A stretch of DNA of 64,000 nucleotides from Cyanobacteriota bacterium (GTDB lineage: Bacteria > Cyanobacteriota > Cyanobacteriia > Cyanobacteriales > Nostocaceae): positions 87,681 to 151,680 of the forward strand of contig JBJOKS010000011.1 of assembly GCA_046045965.1 (NCBI GenBank). Reading direction: 5' to 3'. This document shows positions 9,987 through 20,149 of this stretch, piece after piece. Below the pieces are notes generated by a model that had not been told where the DNA came from, did not search any database, and worked only from the letters and a program-made list of their open reading frames with translations. Both the position numbers and the translations under genes were made by a program. Every line of letters begins with the position of its first letter. Within the stretch, counting starts at the first letter, position 1.

Positions 9987-10715
9987 TTACTCTTCTCCCG
10001 GTTCCAGGATGCGTTGAAAAAGATAACCAGTTCCTCTAGCAGTAAGTATCAATTCTGGGTTACTGGGGTCATCTTCTAATTTTGCCCGTAAACGGGAAAT
10101 ATGCACATCTACCACGCGAGTATCCACGTGGCGTTCTGGTGTGTATCCCCAAACTTCTTGTAAAATTTCTGAACGGGAAAAAGCTTCACCAGAGCGACTT
10201 ACTAATAATTCTAGTAAGCTAAATTCCATTCCCGTTAAGCGGATACGTTCATCTCCTTTGTAGACTTGGCGCTTATTTGTATCAATTCTGATATTTCCAA
10301 CATGAATTACTCCCGAACTAGGAATACCAGTCGCACCTGTTTTATCTACCCTGCGTAAAACCGAGCGAATTCGCGCTTCTAATTCTTTGGGGGAAAATGG
10401 TTTAACTACATAGTCATCTGCACCCAGTTCTAAGCCAGTGATGCGATCAGCTACGTCACCCAAAGCTGTTAGCATGATAATGGGAACGTCAGATTCTTTA
10501 CGTAATTCTTGACAAACACCATAGCCATCTAGCTTTGGCATCATCACATCCAAAACTACCAGGTCTGGTTCAGCTTTGCGAAAAGTTTCTAAAGCTTCTT
10601 CCCCATCTCCAGCAGTTACTACATCATAGCCAATCATGGAAAGGCGCGTTTCCAAAATCCGGCGAATGCTGGCTTCGTCGTCTACTACCAGGATTTTTTC
10701 TTTATGACTTTCCAA
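9987..10715 (-). CDS. rpaB: OmpR-family response regulator RpaB (Ycf27)
   Basis: KILVVDDEASIRRILETRLSMIGY and WGYTPERHVDTRVVDVHISRLR match RpaB. Confidence 0.93.
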   Translation of the reverse strand: MESHKEKILVVDDEASIRRILETRLSMIGYDVVTAGDGEEALETFRKAEPDLVVLDVMMPKLDGYGVCQELRKESDVPIIMLTALGDVADRITGLELGADDYVVKPFSPKELEARIRSVLRRVDKTGATGIPSSGVIHVGNIRIDTNKRQVYKGDERIRLTGMEFSLLELLVSRSGEAFSRSEILQEVWGYTPERHVDTRVVDVHISRLRAKLEDDPSNPELILTARGTGYLFQRILEPGEE

Positions 10716-10884
10716 GTTTCCCTAATCTCCCTAACTAAAATTTTACATGATGAATTTTAATATCATAATATTAAGATATCATTCCCACAGCTGATTAGAA
10801 AAAAGCTGTAACTACTACTATGATTAGACTTTAGTTTTTTATAAAACTTAAGGAAGAATTAAGATTTTTAAATAAATATTAAGC

Positions 10885-12444
10885 ATGGCAAAGCCAAAAA
10901 CCGTTTTCATTTGTAGCAAATGTGCAGCCGAATTCTCCCAGTGGTTTGGGAAATGTCCAAATTGCGACACTTACGATTCTTTAGTAGAACAGAATGCCAC
11001 ACCTTTTGGAGTAGATATACCTAGTCGGGGAGGGGTGGGTAATTGGCACGCTACTCAAACAGGTGGTAAATCTACTACTAAACCCGCTAAACCTAGAGCT
11101 TCTCTTACCTTCGATCAAATTAGCGATCGCCAAATTGCTCGTTGGGAATCTGGTTATGGAGAATTAGATCGGGTACTGGGTGGGGGAGTTGTCCCCGGTT
11201 CAATGGTACTAATCGGCGGTGATCCCGGTATAGGTAAATCTACTTTATTATTACAAGTATCTAACCAATTAGCGCAAAAATACCGTATTCTTTACGTCAC
11301 CGGCGAAGAATCTGGACAACAGGTGAAATTACGCGCTTCTCGTTTGGGAATGTCCAAACCGATCAATGTAGTTACGGAAGGAACTGGAAGTAAAGAAACG
11401 GACGAAATAGAAACAGATAACAACCCAGAAAATACAGATGAAACTATAAATCCTCTCAGTATTGGCGCAGACCTGTATGTTTTACCAGAAACGGATTTAG
11501 AAGAAATTCTCCGGGAAATAGACTCACTCAAACCAAATTTGGCAGTGATTGATAGTATACAAACAGTATTCTTTCCAGCATTGACATCAGCACCCGGTTC
11601 AGTCGCTCAAGTCCGGGAATGTACAGCAGCGTTGATGAAGGTGGCAAAACACGAAGATATTACCATGTTAATTGTCGGTCATGTCACCAAAGAAGGAACA
11701 ATCGCAGGACCGAGAGTATTAGAACATTTAGTAGATACAGTTTTGTATTTTGAAGGCGATCGCTTTGCCTCCCACCGATTATTAAGAACTGTTAAAAACC
11801 GTTTCGGAGCAACCCACGAAATTGGTATATTTGAAATGGTATCTGAAGGATTACGAGAAGTAGACAATCCTTCAGAGTTGTTTCTAGGAAACCGTGACGA
11901 CCCCGCACCAGGTACAGCTATTGTTGTGGCTTGTGAAGGAACAAGACCAATAGTAGTAGAATTACAAGCTTTAGTTAGTCCCACAAGTTACCCTTCACCC
12001 CGTCGAGCCGGAACAGGGATAGATTATAACCGCCTAGTGCAGATTTTAGCAGTATTAGAAAAGCGGGTAGGGATACCCATGTCCAAATTAGATTCCTATG
12101 TAGCATCTGCGGGGGGTTTAAATGTGGAAGAACCTGCGGTAGATTTAGGAATAGCGATCGCTATTGTAGCTAGTTTCCGTGACAGAATAGTTGATCCTGG
12201 TACTGTATTAATTGGGGAAGTGGGTTTAGGGGGACAAGTGCGCTCGGTTTCCCAAATGGAACTGCGGTTAAAAGAAGCAGCAAAGCTGGGATTTAAAAGA
12301 GCAATCGTTCCCAAAGGTCAAAAATTTCCAGATTTAAACATTGAAATTTTACCAGTTTCTAAAGTCATTGATGCCATTATTGCTGCTATTCCCCATCAAT
12401 CTTTGGAAGATATTGATTTAGAAACGGACGATGAAGATGAATAA
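10885..12444 (+). CDS. radA: DNA repair protein RadA/Sms
   Basis: C4 zinc finger, Walker A GDPGIGKST, KNRFG motif and Lon-like C-terminus. Confidence 0.97.
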   Translation: MAKPKTVFICSKCAAEFSQWFGKCPNCDTYDSLVEQNATPFGVDIPSRGGVGNWHATQTGGKSTTKPAKPRASLTFDQISDRQIARWESGYGELDRVLGGGVVPGSMVLIGGDPGIGKSTLLLQVSNQLAQKYRILYVTGEESGQQVKLRASRLGMSKPINVVTEGTGSKETDEIETDNNPENTDETINPLSIGADLYVLPETDLEEILREIDSLKPNLAVIDSIQTVFFPALTSAPGSVAQVRECTAALMKVAKHEDITMLIVGHVTKEGTIAGPRVLEHLVDTVLYFEGDRFASHRLLRTVKNRFGATHEIGIFEMVSEGLREVDNPSELFLGNRDDPAPGTAIVVACEGTRPIVVELQALVSPTSYPSPRRAGTGIDYNRLVQILAVLEKRVGIPMSKLDSYVASAGGLNVEEPAVDLGIAIAIVASFRDRIVDPGTVLIGEVGLGGQVRSVSQMELRLKEAAKLGFKRAIVPKGQKFPDLNIEILPVSKVIDAIIAAIPHQSLEDIDLETDDEDE

Positions 12445-12544
12445 AAACATCTGCGAACATCCGTGTTAATTTGTGTTTAATTTTTTCTGATACGAACCAC
12501 AGAGGTACAGAGAACACAGAGAAATAAGAGGTGGATGATGAATA

Positions 12545-12577
12545 AGATCCCCGACTTCTTCAAAAATTTAGGGATCT
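12545..12577. repeat. Palindromic dispersed repeat AGATCCCCGACTTCT...GGGATCT (degenerate)
   Basis: Same family at 31592-31657, 42232-42297 and 45729-45761; lies between convergent radA and rfbD. Confidence 0.7.
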
Positions 12578-12583
12578 CATTTA

Positions 12584-13465
12584 TTAAATATCCAGAACTA
12601 ACCTTAAAACCTGCTCCCAATTTGGCATCTTCAAACCAAAAGTATGAGACAATTTTTGATGATCTAATAAGGAAAAAGCTGGTCTAATTGCAGGTGTAGG
12701 ATATTCTGGGGTAGTAATAGGAATTAAACGTTGTAATTTGCGTTCATTCTTGGGGGGAAATTCATCATTGAAAATTGCCTTCGCAAAACCATACCAGCTA
12801 GTTTTTCCACTAGGAGATAAATGATATAATCCTCCTTTACTAGAGAAAAAATCAGTTGGATTTTGCTGAGACTGAGAAACTATTTGAGCAGTAATTTCTG
12901 CAATCATTCTACTCCAAGTGGGTGCGCCAATTTGATCATCAACAACCCTAATTTCTTCTCTTTCCTTTGCTAATTTTTGCATTGTTAATAAAAAGTTTTT
13001 CCCATAAAAACCATAAACCCAGCTAGTGCGGAAAATGAGATAATTAACACCCACAGATTTAATTGCTTCTTCACCTGCTAATTTTGTTTTTCCATAGATA
13101 TTTTGGGGATTTGGTTGATCATTTTCCAGATATGGAGTATTTTTATTTCCATCAAAAACATAATCTGTGGAATAGTGAATTATAGCAGCACCAATACGTT
13201 GAGCTTCTTCAGCTATAATACCAGGAGCAATACCATTGATTATCATTGCTAAATCTGGTTCTGACTCTGCTTTATCCACCGCTGTGTAAGCAGCAGGATT
13301 GACAATTAAATCGGGTTTTACATCCCTAATTGTCTGACAAATTGTATCTGGTTTAGCTAAATCTAATTGATTTCGTCCCACAGAAATCACATCACCCACA
13401 GTCATCAAAGTGCGTTGTAATTCCCAACCGACTTGTCCAGTTGTACCTGTTAAAAGTATTTTCAT
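12584..13465 (-). CDS. rfbD: dTDP-4-dehydrorhamnose reductase
   Basis: GTTGQVG, AAYTAVDKAESE, STDYVFDG and YGKTK motifs. Confidence 0.96.
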   Translation of the reverse strand: MKILLTGTTGQVGWELQRTLMTVGDVISVGRNQLDLAKPDTICQTIRDVKPDLIVNPAAYTAVDKAESEPDLAMIINGIAPGIIAEEAQRIGAAIIHYSTDYVFDGNKNTPYLENDQPNPQNIYGKTKLAGEEAIKSVGVNYLIFRTSWVYGFYGKNFLLTMQKLAKEREEIRVVDDQIGAPTWSRMIAEITAQIVSQSQQNPTDFFSSKGGLYHLSPSGKTSWYGFAKAIFNDEFPPKNERKLQRLIPITTPEYPTPAIRPAFSLLDHQKLSHTFGLKMPNWEQVLRLVLDI

Positions 13466-14007
13466 TGATAAACCTCTGCTTCTGGAAATAACTTACCAAC
13501 TTTATCCTTAGCAGAAACAATAGGTTCACCATCAATAGGCCAAGAAATAGCTAAATCAGGATCATTCCAAAGCAGAGTCCGATCATATTGTGGTGCATAA
13601 TAATCAGTAGTTTTGTACAAGAATTCAGCATATTCGGAAAGCACCACAAAACCGTGAGCAAAACCAGGTGGTATCCAAAATTGATGTTTATTTTCTGCTG
13701 ATAAATACACTCCAACCCATTGACCAAAAGTAGCAGAACTTTTTCTTAAATCAACAGCTACATCAAACACTTCACCAACTACAACTCTGACAAGTTTTCC
13801 TTGTGGTTGCTGAATTTGATAATGCAAACCACGCAAAACATTTTTAAGAGAACGAGAGTGGTTATCCTGGACAAAATGAGATGATATTCCTACCTTTTCT
13901 AAAAAAGCTTTTTCGTTATAACTTTCATAAAAAAAACCCCGTTCATCTCCAAAAATTTGCGGTTCAATAATCAGCACATCAGGAATATCTGTTTTTACAA
14001 CCTTCAT
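13462..14007 (-). CDS. rfbC: dTDP-4-dehydrorhamnose 3,5-epimerase (start likely 14007)
   Basis: DERGFF, QDNHSRS, LRGLHYQ and PPGFAHGF motifs. Confidence 0.96.
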   Translation of the reverse strand: MKVVKTDIPDVLIIEPQIFGDERGFFYESYNEKAFLEKVGISSHFVQDNHSRSLKNVLRGLHYQIQQPQGKLVRVVVGEVFDVAVDLRKSSATFGQWVGVYLSAENKHQFWIPPGFAHGFVVLSEYAEFLYKTTDYYAPQYDRTLLWNDPDLAISWPIDGEPIVSAKDKVGKLFPEAEVYQ

Positions 14008-14033
14008 AAATTCATCCTTTTTTCTATTGTTTA

Positions 14034-14915
14034 TCAATTAAAAGTAATTTCATCTTCTAACAGTCTTCGTAAATAAAGACCATAACTGCTTTTACCCATA
14101 GATTCAGCTAAATAAGACAACTGACTAGAATCAATATATCCTTGAAGATAGGCAATTTCTTCAATACAAGCTATTTTTAGTCCCTGTCTTTGTTCTAATG
14201 TTTGGATAAAGTTTGACGCTTGATGCAAAGATTCATGTGTACCCGTATCTAACCAAGCATATCCTCGTCCTAAGATTTCTACTTTTAATTTACCTTGATT
14301 TAAGTAAGCTAAATTCACATCAGTAATTTCTAATTCACCACGAGGAGAAGGTTTCAAACTAGCAGCAATTTCCGTCACTTGATCATCATAAAAATAAATA
14401 CCAGGAACAGCATATTTGGATTTAGGAATTTTCGGTTTTTCCTCGATACTAATTGCTTTTCCCGACTCATTAAATTCAATCACACCATAGTTTTCTGGTT
14501 GTGTCACCTTATAACCGAAAACTAACCCACCATGTTGAAGTTGAGCAGCACGAGTCAAAACTTCAGTTAAACCATGTCCATAAAATATATTGTCTCCTAA
14601 AATTAAACATACTGGGTCATTTTTGATAAAATCTTTCCCCAAGATAAAAGCTTGAGCTAAACCTTCTGGTTTCGGTTGTTCCACATAACTAAACTTCAAT
14701 CCCCATTGACTACCATCCTTAAGCAGTCGCTGAAAAAGAGGTAAATCTGTAGGAGTCGAAATAATCAAAATTTCCCTAATTCCAGCTAACATTAAAACCG
14801 ATAAAGGATAGTAAATCATCGGTTTATCATAAACAGACATTAACTGTTTACTGACAACTTGAGTTAAAGGATAAAGACGTGTACCAGAACCACCAGCGAG
14901 AATAATACCCTTCAT
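14034..14915 (-). CDS. rfbA: Glucose-1-phosphate thymidylyltransferase
   Basis: [22 protein letters not shown] and [10 protein letters not shown] motifs. Confidence 0.97.
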   Translation of the reverse strand: MKGIILAGGSGTRLYPLTQVVSKQLMSVYDKPMIYYPLSVLMLAGIREILIISTPTDLPLFQRLLKDGSQWGLKFSYVEQPKPEGLAQAFILGKDFIKNDPVCLILGDNIFYGHGLTEVLTRAAQLQHGGLVFGYKVTQPENYGVIEFNESGKAISIEEKPKIPKSKYAVPGIYFYDDQVTEIAASLKPSPRGELEITDVNLAYLNQGKLKVEILGRGYAWLDTGTHESLHQASNFIQTLEQRQGLKIACIEEIAYLQGYIDSSQLSYLAESMGKSSYGLYLRRLLEDEITFN

Positions 14916-14942
14916 TTTAGCATCCTTATAGAATATAATAAA

Positions 14943-16031
14943 TTAACGAGTCTCATAATTTTGTTTGATCCAATTTTGGTATGCTCCTGTAAAAATAGAA
15001 TCTACCCAAGCTGAATTATTGAGATACCATTGGACTGTTTTTAATAAACCACTTTCAAAATTTTCCTTGGGTTTCCAGCCTAATTCTTTGCTGATTTTAC
15101 TACAATCAATTGCATAGCGGCGGTCATGTCCAGGACGATCTTTAATAAAAGTAATTAAAGATGAATACTGGAAATTACTTTTAGGTGCTAATTCATCAAG
15201 AATACTACAAATTTTTTCCACAACTACTAAATTTGTTTTTTCATTAATTCCCCCAATATTGTAAGTTTCACCAATTTTACCATCTTTTAAAACCTGATAA
15301 ATAGCATCACAATGATCGCCTACATATAGCCAATCCCGGATATTTTGACCATCACCATATATAGGTAAAGGTTTACCATGTAAAGCATTGAGAATCATCA
15401 AAGGAATTAATTTTTCAGGAAATTGTAAAGGTCCATAATTGTTAGAACAATTAGTGGTTAAAGTAGGTAAATTATAGGTGTGATAGTATGATCTAACTAA
15501 ATGATCTGCACTAGCTTTAGAAGCTGCATAAGGACTATTTGGTGCATAGGGTGTATCTTCCCGGAACGCTGGATCTCTTAGGCTTAAAGAACCATATACT
15601 TCATCAGTAGATATGTGCAGAAAGCGGAAATTTTCTTGTTTTGATAAAGGTAGTTTTTGCCAATAGTTTTTACTAGCTTCTAATAATTGAAATGTTCCAA
15701 CTACATTAGTTTGGATGAAATTTTCAGGACTGAGAATGGAACGATCAACATGAGTTTCTGCTGCAAAATTGATCACAGCATCTGGCTGATATTGATCTAA
15801 TAAATAACTGACTAACTCATGGTTATTGATATCTCCTTGCATAAAAATATAGTGAGGATCATCTTGCAACTCTGCTAGATTTTGCAGGTTACTCGCGTAA
15901 GTCAGTTTATCTAAATTAACTATGTTACCCCATTGGGATTTTCTAGCTTGGAGGACAAAATTAGCTCCAATAAATCCTGCTCCACCTGTTACTAATAAAG
16001 TTGGCTGATCATCTGTTGTGTACTTAGACAT
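14943..16031 (-). CDS. rfbB: dTDP-glucose 4,6-dehydratase
   Basis: [24 protein letters not shown] and [10 protein letters not shown] motifs. Confidence 0.97.
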   Translation of the reverse strand: MSKYTTDDQPTLLVTGGAGFIGANFVLQARKSQWGNIVNLDKLTYASNLQNLAELQDDPHYIFMQGDINNHELVSYLLDQYQPDAVINFAAETHVDRSILSPENFIQTNVVGTFQLLEASKNYWQKLPLSKQENFRFLHISTDEVYGSLSLRDPAFREDTPYAPNSPYAASKASADHLVRSYYHTYNLPTLTTNCSNNYGPLQFPEKLIPLMILNALHGKPLPIYGDGQNIRDWLYVGDHCDAIYQVLKDGKIGETYNIGGINEKTNLVVVEKICSILDELAPKSNFQYSSLITFIKDRPGHDRRYAIDCSKISKELGWKPKENFESGLLKTVQWYLNNSAWVDSIFTGAYQNWIKQNYETR

Positions 16032-16124
16032 ATAAGTTTGATTGTCCTATTTTTTCGATTTTTAGGTAAAGTGTAAATTTGCTAATTCCCCAAATTGATT
16101 GAGATATCATCTCTATTTTCAGTT

Positions 16125-17087
16125 CTAATCGGAAACATTAGACTTTTTTAAACCTAATTTTTCGGCAAATTTTCTTAATGTATCTCTAGGAAACCAGACC
16201 ATAAAAATTCCTCCTCTGTCAAATACTGTCAAGTTCCAAAAATAGCCAAAATTGGGGAATTGTCTTAATAACATAATTTCAGCTAAGACATACCGCCTGT
16301 TTTTTCGTGGTTGGTTGGGAGGATTATCTTCAGTGCGGAGTTGCTCCGGTAATGGTAGCCAATGACCTACTATTTTTTCAGGATCAAAAAATCTCGCTTG
16401 TACACATAGTCCCATTAATCTGTCAGCCGTCCAAAAAGGAATATATTTGAATGGACCAAATAGAGTAAAGTTCGGTACAATAACCTTGAGAGTTTCTTGA
16501 ACTACCTCATTTTTCCAAACTTTCTTGTCAAAGTTTTCGTGATGCGGTCCGTGTTGATCTTTGCGTCCCCAAAAAACTGCTAAAAAGTTAAGTTTGTTAT
16601 TTAAAGGAGCAATGGGAATCTCTCGCATCATATATGGTATTTCTTCTGAAGAGTAATTTTTTGAATTGTGTTGATTTCTGACGGCAATATCTTTAATATT
16701 AGGTAGGGAATCCCAAGATTTATCAATTGGTGCTTTTCCAAAAGGAAAACCGACTTGATTTAATCTACAGAAATAGCTATCAGGAAAATTACTAAAATAA
16801 TCTTCGGCAATTTCAATAATATTTGGATGGAGATACTCATCACAATTAATTGAAAGAACATATTTCCCTGACGCATTAAGTAAAGCAGTCACTCTTTGAA
16901 TGAGTTCTCCCCTGAGAGGACTGGTGATTTGATGTAAGCGAGGATCGCTAATATTGATGAAAGAGACATGAGGTGGATAAACCAAAATAAACTCGGCGCT
17001 ACCTTGAATTTTTAAGATTTCTTGTAGCCATGAAGCTTCAACACCTTCCCTCATGGGAATAATAATAGAAAGCGTGGGTTTTGTCAT
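16125..17087 (-). CDS. Putative GT-A/GT2-like glycosyltransferase, divergent (start likely 17087)
   Basis: PTLSIIIP N-terminus and ALLNASGKYVLSINCDE resemble GT2; immediately upstream of rfbBACD on the same strand. Confidence 0.55.
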   Translation of the reverse strand: MTKPTLSIIIPMREGVEASWLQEILKIQGSAEFILVYPPHVSFINISDPRLHQITSPLRGELIQRVTALLNASGKYVLSINCDEYLHPNIIEIAEDYFSNFPDSYFCRLNQVGFPFGKAPIDKSWDSLPNIKDIAVRNQHNSKNYSSEEIPYMMREIPIAPLNNKLNFLAVFWGRKDQHGPHHENFDKKVWKNEVVQETLKVIVPNFTLFGPFKYIPFWTADRLMGLCVQARFFDPEKIVGHWLPLPEQLRTEDNPPNQPRKNRRYVLAEIMLLRQFPNFGYFWNLTVFDRGGIFMVWFPRDTLRKFAEKLGLKKSNVSD

Positions 17088-17543
17088 AGATGGATAATAG
17101 TGATATTTAAAAGTCATATTTAAACAAAACAAATTTCCAAAAGCTTTTACTTAACAGGTAGTTAAATTAATGCGTCTAAGTTCAAACGCGCCTAAACATC
17201 ATTCCCAACAGACTAACTACTTAAGAGAATGTGTAACACTTAAAATTTCCGTATAACTATTCCGCAGAGGATATTTATACAGATTTTTTACTTGACACTC
17301 TTGGTACAGATATTATACATAAACTTTGCATATAAATATATGGTATAGGGCATTTATACATAAAATTTATATGTATCTTTAAAAACTTCATATTTTATGG
17401 ATATTTCTGATATCTTGTTCTGACACTGTTACTAATAAGACTATAATCCTACACCATATTGCTGGCCTGTAGGAAATGTTATGAATTACAAATCTATGGT
17501 GTTAGTGTGGCCATTGGTAACGATTTTGGTGAAGACTGATTTA

Positions 17544-17647
17544 CTAGTACAGCACGGCGTAAATACACCAACCATTCCCAATCTCTGAAAAACCTACTCT
17601 GTATTTGTTTTGACTTTTGACTTTTGACTTTCGCGAAGCGGTACTAG
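17544..17647. mobile_element. MITE-like element (ends CTAGTAC / GTACTAG)
   Basis: CTAGTACAGC...GCGGTACTAG termini with an internal (TTTTGAC)3 array. Confidence 0.68.
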
Positions 17648-17880
17648 CTGGCCAAAGACAACAAATGTATCTTAAAATTCTTTAAGTTGATATGAATTTG
17701 ATATTTTTCAAATATTCATGAATTGTAATTAATTTGAATCCAATTGATGATTAACTCATGAGGATAAATTGCTTTTTGGCATCTATCAAGAGTCTGATAT
17801 TTAATTAGTAAGAGTGATGATCTGCCGATAGCCTACACTAAAGAAAAGAAATATCGTGTATTTTGTATAATTCCTAACTG

Positions 17881-19332
17881 ATGATGAGTAAATTAAAATC
17901 CCGCAAACAAGGTAATCTATGGTTTGAAAGATTAATGGCTATTACTGCCACTGTCAACTTAGGGTTAGTTTTGTTTGACTTGAGTTACGTAAATTGGCGT
18001 GATTTCTACTTCAGAAGAGTTCCTCAAATCACCCAGATTTATGACCCGATTAAAGGTATTGAACCCCATCGAGACACGAAAAGTTATTTAGAAACAGTAA
18101 CTGCTTTAGAAGAACAAGTTAGCCAAACAGGTTTAAACTCACCTCAAGTAAAAACCAAGTTAGCAGAAATTAGTCGTCTCAGCACAGAGATGATGGATAG
18201 TAACCCCTTTGCTGGTGCTGGTAAAAGTGGAACTCTGGAAAAAATCAAAAACCGGATGCGGGAACGCGTCGGACAAACTTCTTCAAAACAAGCTTTTGCT
18301 AATTTTTGGAGTCCAGAATATTTATCTAAACATGGCTGGATTCAAGAAATTCATTTTTTTAACCAGCAAATTCGTCCTAGTATCGCTGCTAACTATTACC
18401 GCAAAATAGGCGAAAATGGAGAATTTATAGATAATTTTTGGCTAATTGATTTACCGTTTGTAGTCATATTTGGCTTAGAATTACTCTTACGGACTTTTTA
18501 TATCAAACGTCAAAATCGGCATTTAAGCTGGTTAGAAGCGATTTTGTGGCGTTGGTATGACTTATTTTTAATAATTCCCTTTTGGCGTTGGTTGCGAATT
18601 TTGCCAGTGTTGGTGCGTTTAGATCAAGCAGAGTTAATTGATTTACATTTAGTGAGGACGCAAATTCACCAAGGTATAGTAGCCAATTTTGCCGAAGAAA
18701 TTACAGAAATTGTGGTGGTGCGGGTAATTAACCAAATGCAGGGTTCAATTCAGCGGGGTGATATAACTCGCTGGTTATTACAGTCCGAAAAAGAGCGTGC
18801 CTACATAGATATTAATAATATCAACGAAGTGGAAGCGATCGCTGGACTGTTAGTACAAACTATCGTTAATCAAGTCCTACCGAAAATTCAGCCAGAAATT
18901 AATGCCATTTTGCGCCACAATATTGAAACTGCTTTCGGGCAAGTACCGATTTATCGTCACCTGCTCATGCTGCCAGGAGTAGGACAGGCACAAAACCAGC
19001 TAAGTGAACAACTCGCCAATCAAATTACCACAAATCTATATATTGCCTTGGTTAGCGCCATTAAAGATCCAGTTGCCGCGAAACTTTCCAGTCAGCTAAT
19101 AGAAAAATTTACTACTGTTCTAGGTAAAGAAATTCAGGAAAAACACGTAATTGGTGAAATTCAAAGTTTGCTCAATGACTTTTTAGAAGAAGTCAAAATT
19201 AACTATGTCCAACGCCTATCCCAAGAGGATATTGAGCAAATTATCGAGCAAACAAGACAAATGCGATCGCAAGCATCTGTGCAGACAGTAGTTGATAAAG
19301 GCGCTCTCTCAGAAATTCGAGATAGAAGGTAA
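17881..19332 (+). CDS. Hypothetical membrane protein
   Basis: 483-aa ORF; TM segments including WYDLFLIIPFWRWLRILP (ion-transport-domain-like) and a helical C-terminus. Confidence 0.75.
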   Translation: MMSKLKSRKQGNLWFERLMAITATVNLGLVLFDLSYVNWRDFYFRRVPQITQIYDPIKGIEPHRDTKSYLETVTALEEQVSQTGLNSPQVKTKLAEISRLSTEMMDSNPFAGAGKSGTLEKIKNRMRERVGQTSSKQAFANFWSPEYLSKHGWIQEIHFFNQQIRPSIAANYYRKIGENGEFIDNFWLIDLPFVVIFGLELLLRTFYIKRQNRHLSWLEAILWRWYDLFLIIPFWRWLRILPVLVRLDQAELIDLHLVRTQIHQGIVANFAEEITEIVVVRVINQMQGSIQRGDITRWLLQSEKERAYIDINNINEVEAIAGLLVQTIVNQVLPKIQPEINAILRHNIETAFGQVPIYRHLLMLPGVGQAQNQLSEQLANQITTNLYIALVSAIKDPVAAKLSSQLIEKFTTVLGKEIQEKHVIGEIQSLLNDFLEEVKINYVQRLSQEDIEQIIEQTRQMRSQASVQTVVDKGALSEIRDRR

Positions 19333-19334
19333 AG

Positions 19335-19427
19335 GTGATTGGTGATTGGTGATTGGTGATTGGGTTATTAACTTCCCCTGCCTCCCCTGCCTCCCCACCT
19401 CCCCATCTCTTCTGTTCCCTGTTCCCT
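19335..19427. repeat. Short tandem arrays (GGTGATT)n, (CCCCTGCCT)n and (TGTTCCC)n
   Basis: Tandem short repeats after the stop codon. Confidence 0.75.
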
Positions 19428-19474
19428 AATAACTGACTAATGACTAACGAAAAAAATACGCTACACTCATGTTA

Positions 19475-19558
19475 GGGGCGAACCAATAACGGTTCGTCAC
19501 AATACTTCTTGGAAGATATCCCTATCGCCAGAAGTGGGTAGAAGCCCACTTTTTTTAT
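19475..19558 (+). promoter_or_regulatory. rimP leader hairpins
   Basis: GCGAACC-aataac-GGTTCGT hairpin, then AAGTGGG-tagaag-CCCACTT plus a T-run just before the rimP ATG; resembles the known rimP-leader GTGGG...CCCAC stem. Confidence 0.68.
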
Positions 19559-19569
19559 TGAATTCTCGC

Positions 19570-20031
19570 ATGACTCATCCTTTAGTCCCACAAATTATTG
19601 ACTTGGCGACCCCAGTAGCAGCAGAACTGGGATTAGAAATTGTTGGCATAGTTTTTCATACGAACCAACGTCCGCCAGTTTTGCGGGTAGACATCCGTAA
19701 TCCCGAACAGGATACTGGTTTGGACGATTGCGAACGGATGAGCCGTGCTTTAGAAACCTCCTTAGATGCGTCAGAGATAGTTCCAGATGCCTATGTGTTG
19801 GAAGTATCCAGTCCTGGAATTTCGCGACAACTGAAAACTGACAGGGAGTTTATTTCCTTTAAAGGATTTCCTGTAGTTATCACCACTTCTGAACCCTACG
19901 ATGGACAGCAAGAGTTGACTGGTCAGTTGATTCGTCGAGATGAAACAAAAATTTACTTAAACCAAAAAGGTCGTGTAGTTGAAATTCCCAGATCCCTAGT
20001 TACCAGGGTGCAGCTGGATGAGCGCCGCTAA
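19570..20031 (+). CDS. rimP: Ribosome maturation factor RimP (start likely 19570)
   Basis: [12 protein letters not shown] and YVLEVSSPG motifs; first gene of the nusA-infB operon. Confidence 0.95.
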   Translation: MTHPLVPQIIDLATPVAAELGLEIVGIVFHTNQRPPVLRVDIRNPEQDTGLDDCERMSRALETSLDASEIVPDAYVLEVSSPGISRQLKTDREFISFKGFPVVITTSEPYDGQQELTGQLIRRDETKIYLNQKGRVVEIPRSLVTRVQLDERR

Positions 20032-20149
20032 CCAATTTTAGATTTTAGATTTTAGATTTTAGACTGGGGGTTTTAGAGAGGACTAAAATTCCCAATTTAA
20101 AATTCTTTCCTGATGGCGATTGCTGACATAAAAGTTAAGGAGATTGCTT

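Noticed and set aside
12160..18835. HIP1-free stretch over the rfb cluster as evidence of horizontal transfer
   Set aside because: By-eye HIP1 density is only about one per 2.5 kb and similar gaps occur elsewhere in the window, so it is not diagnostic.
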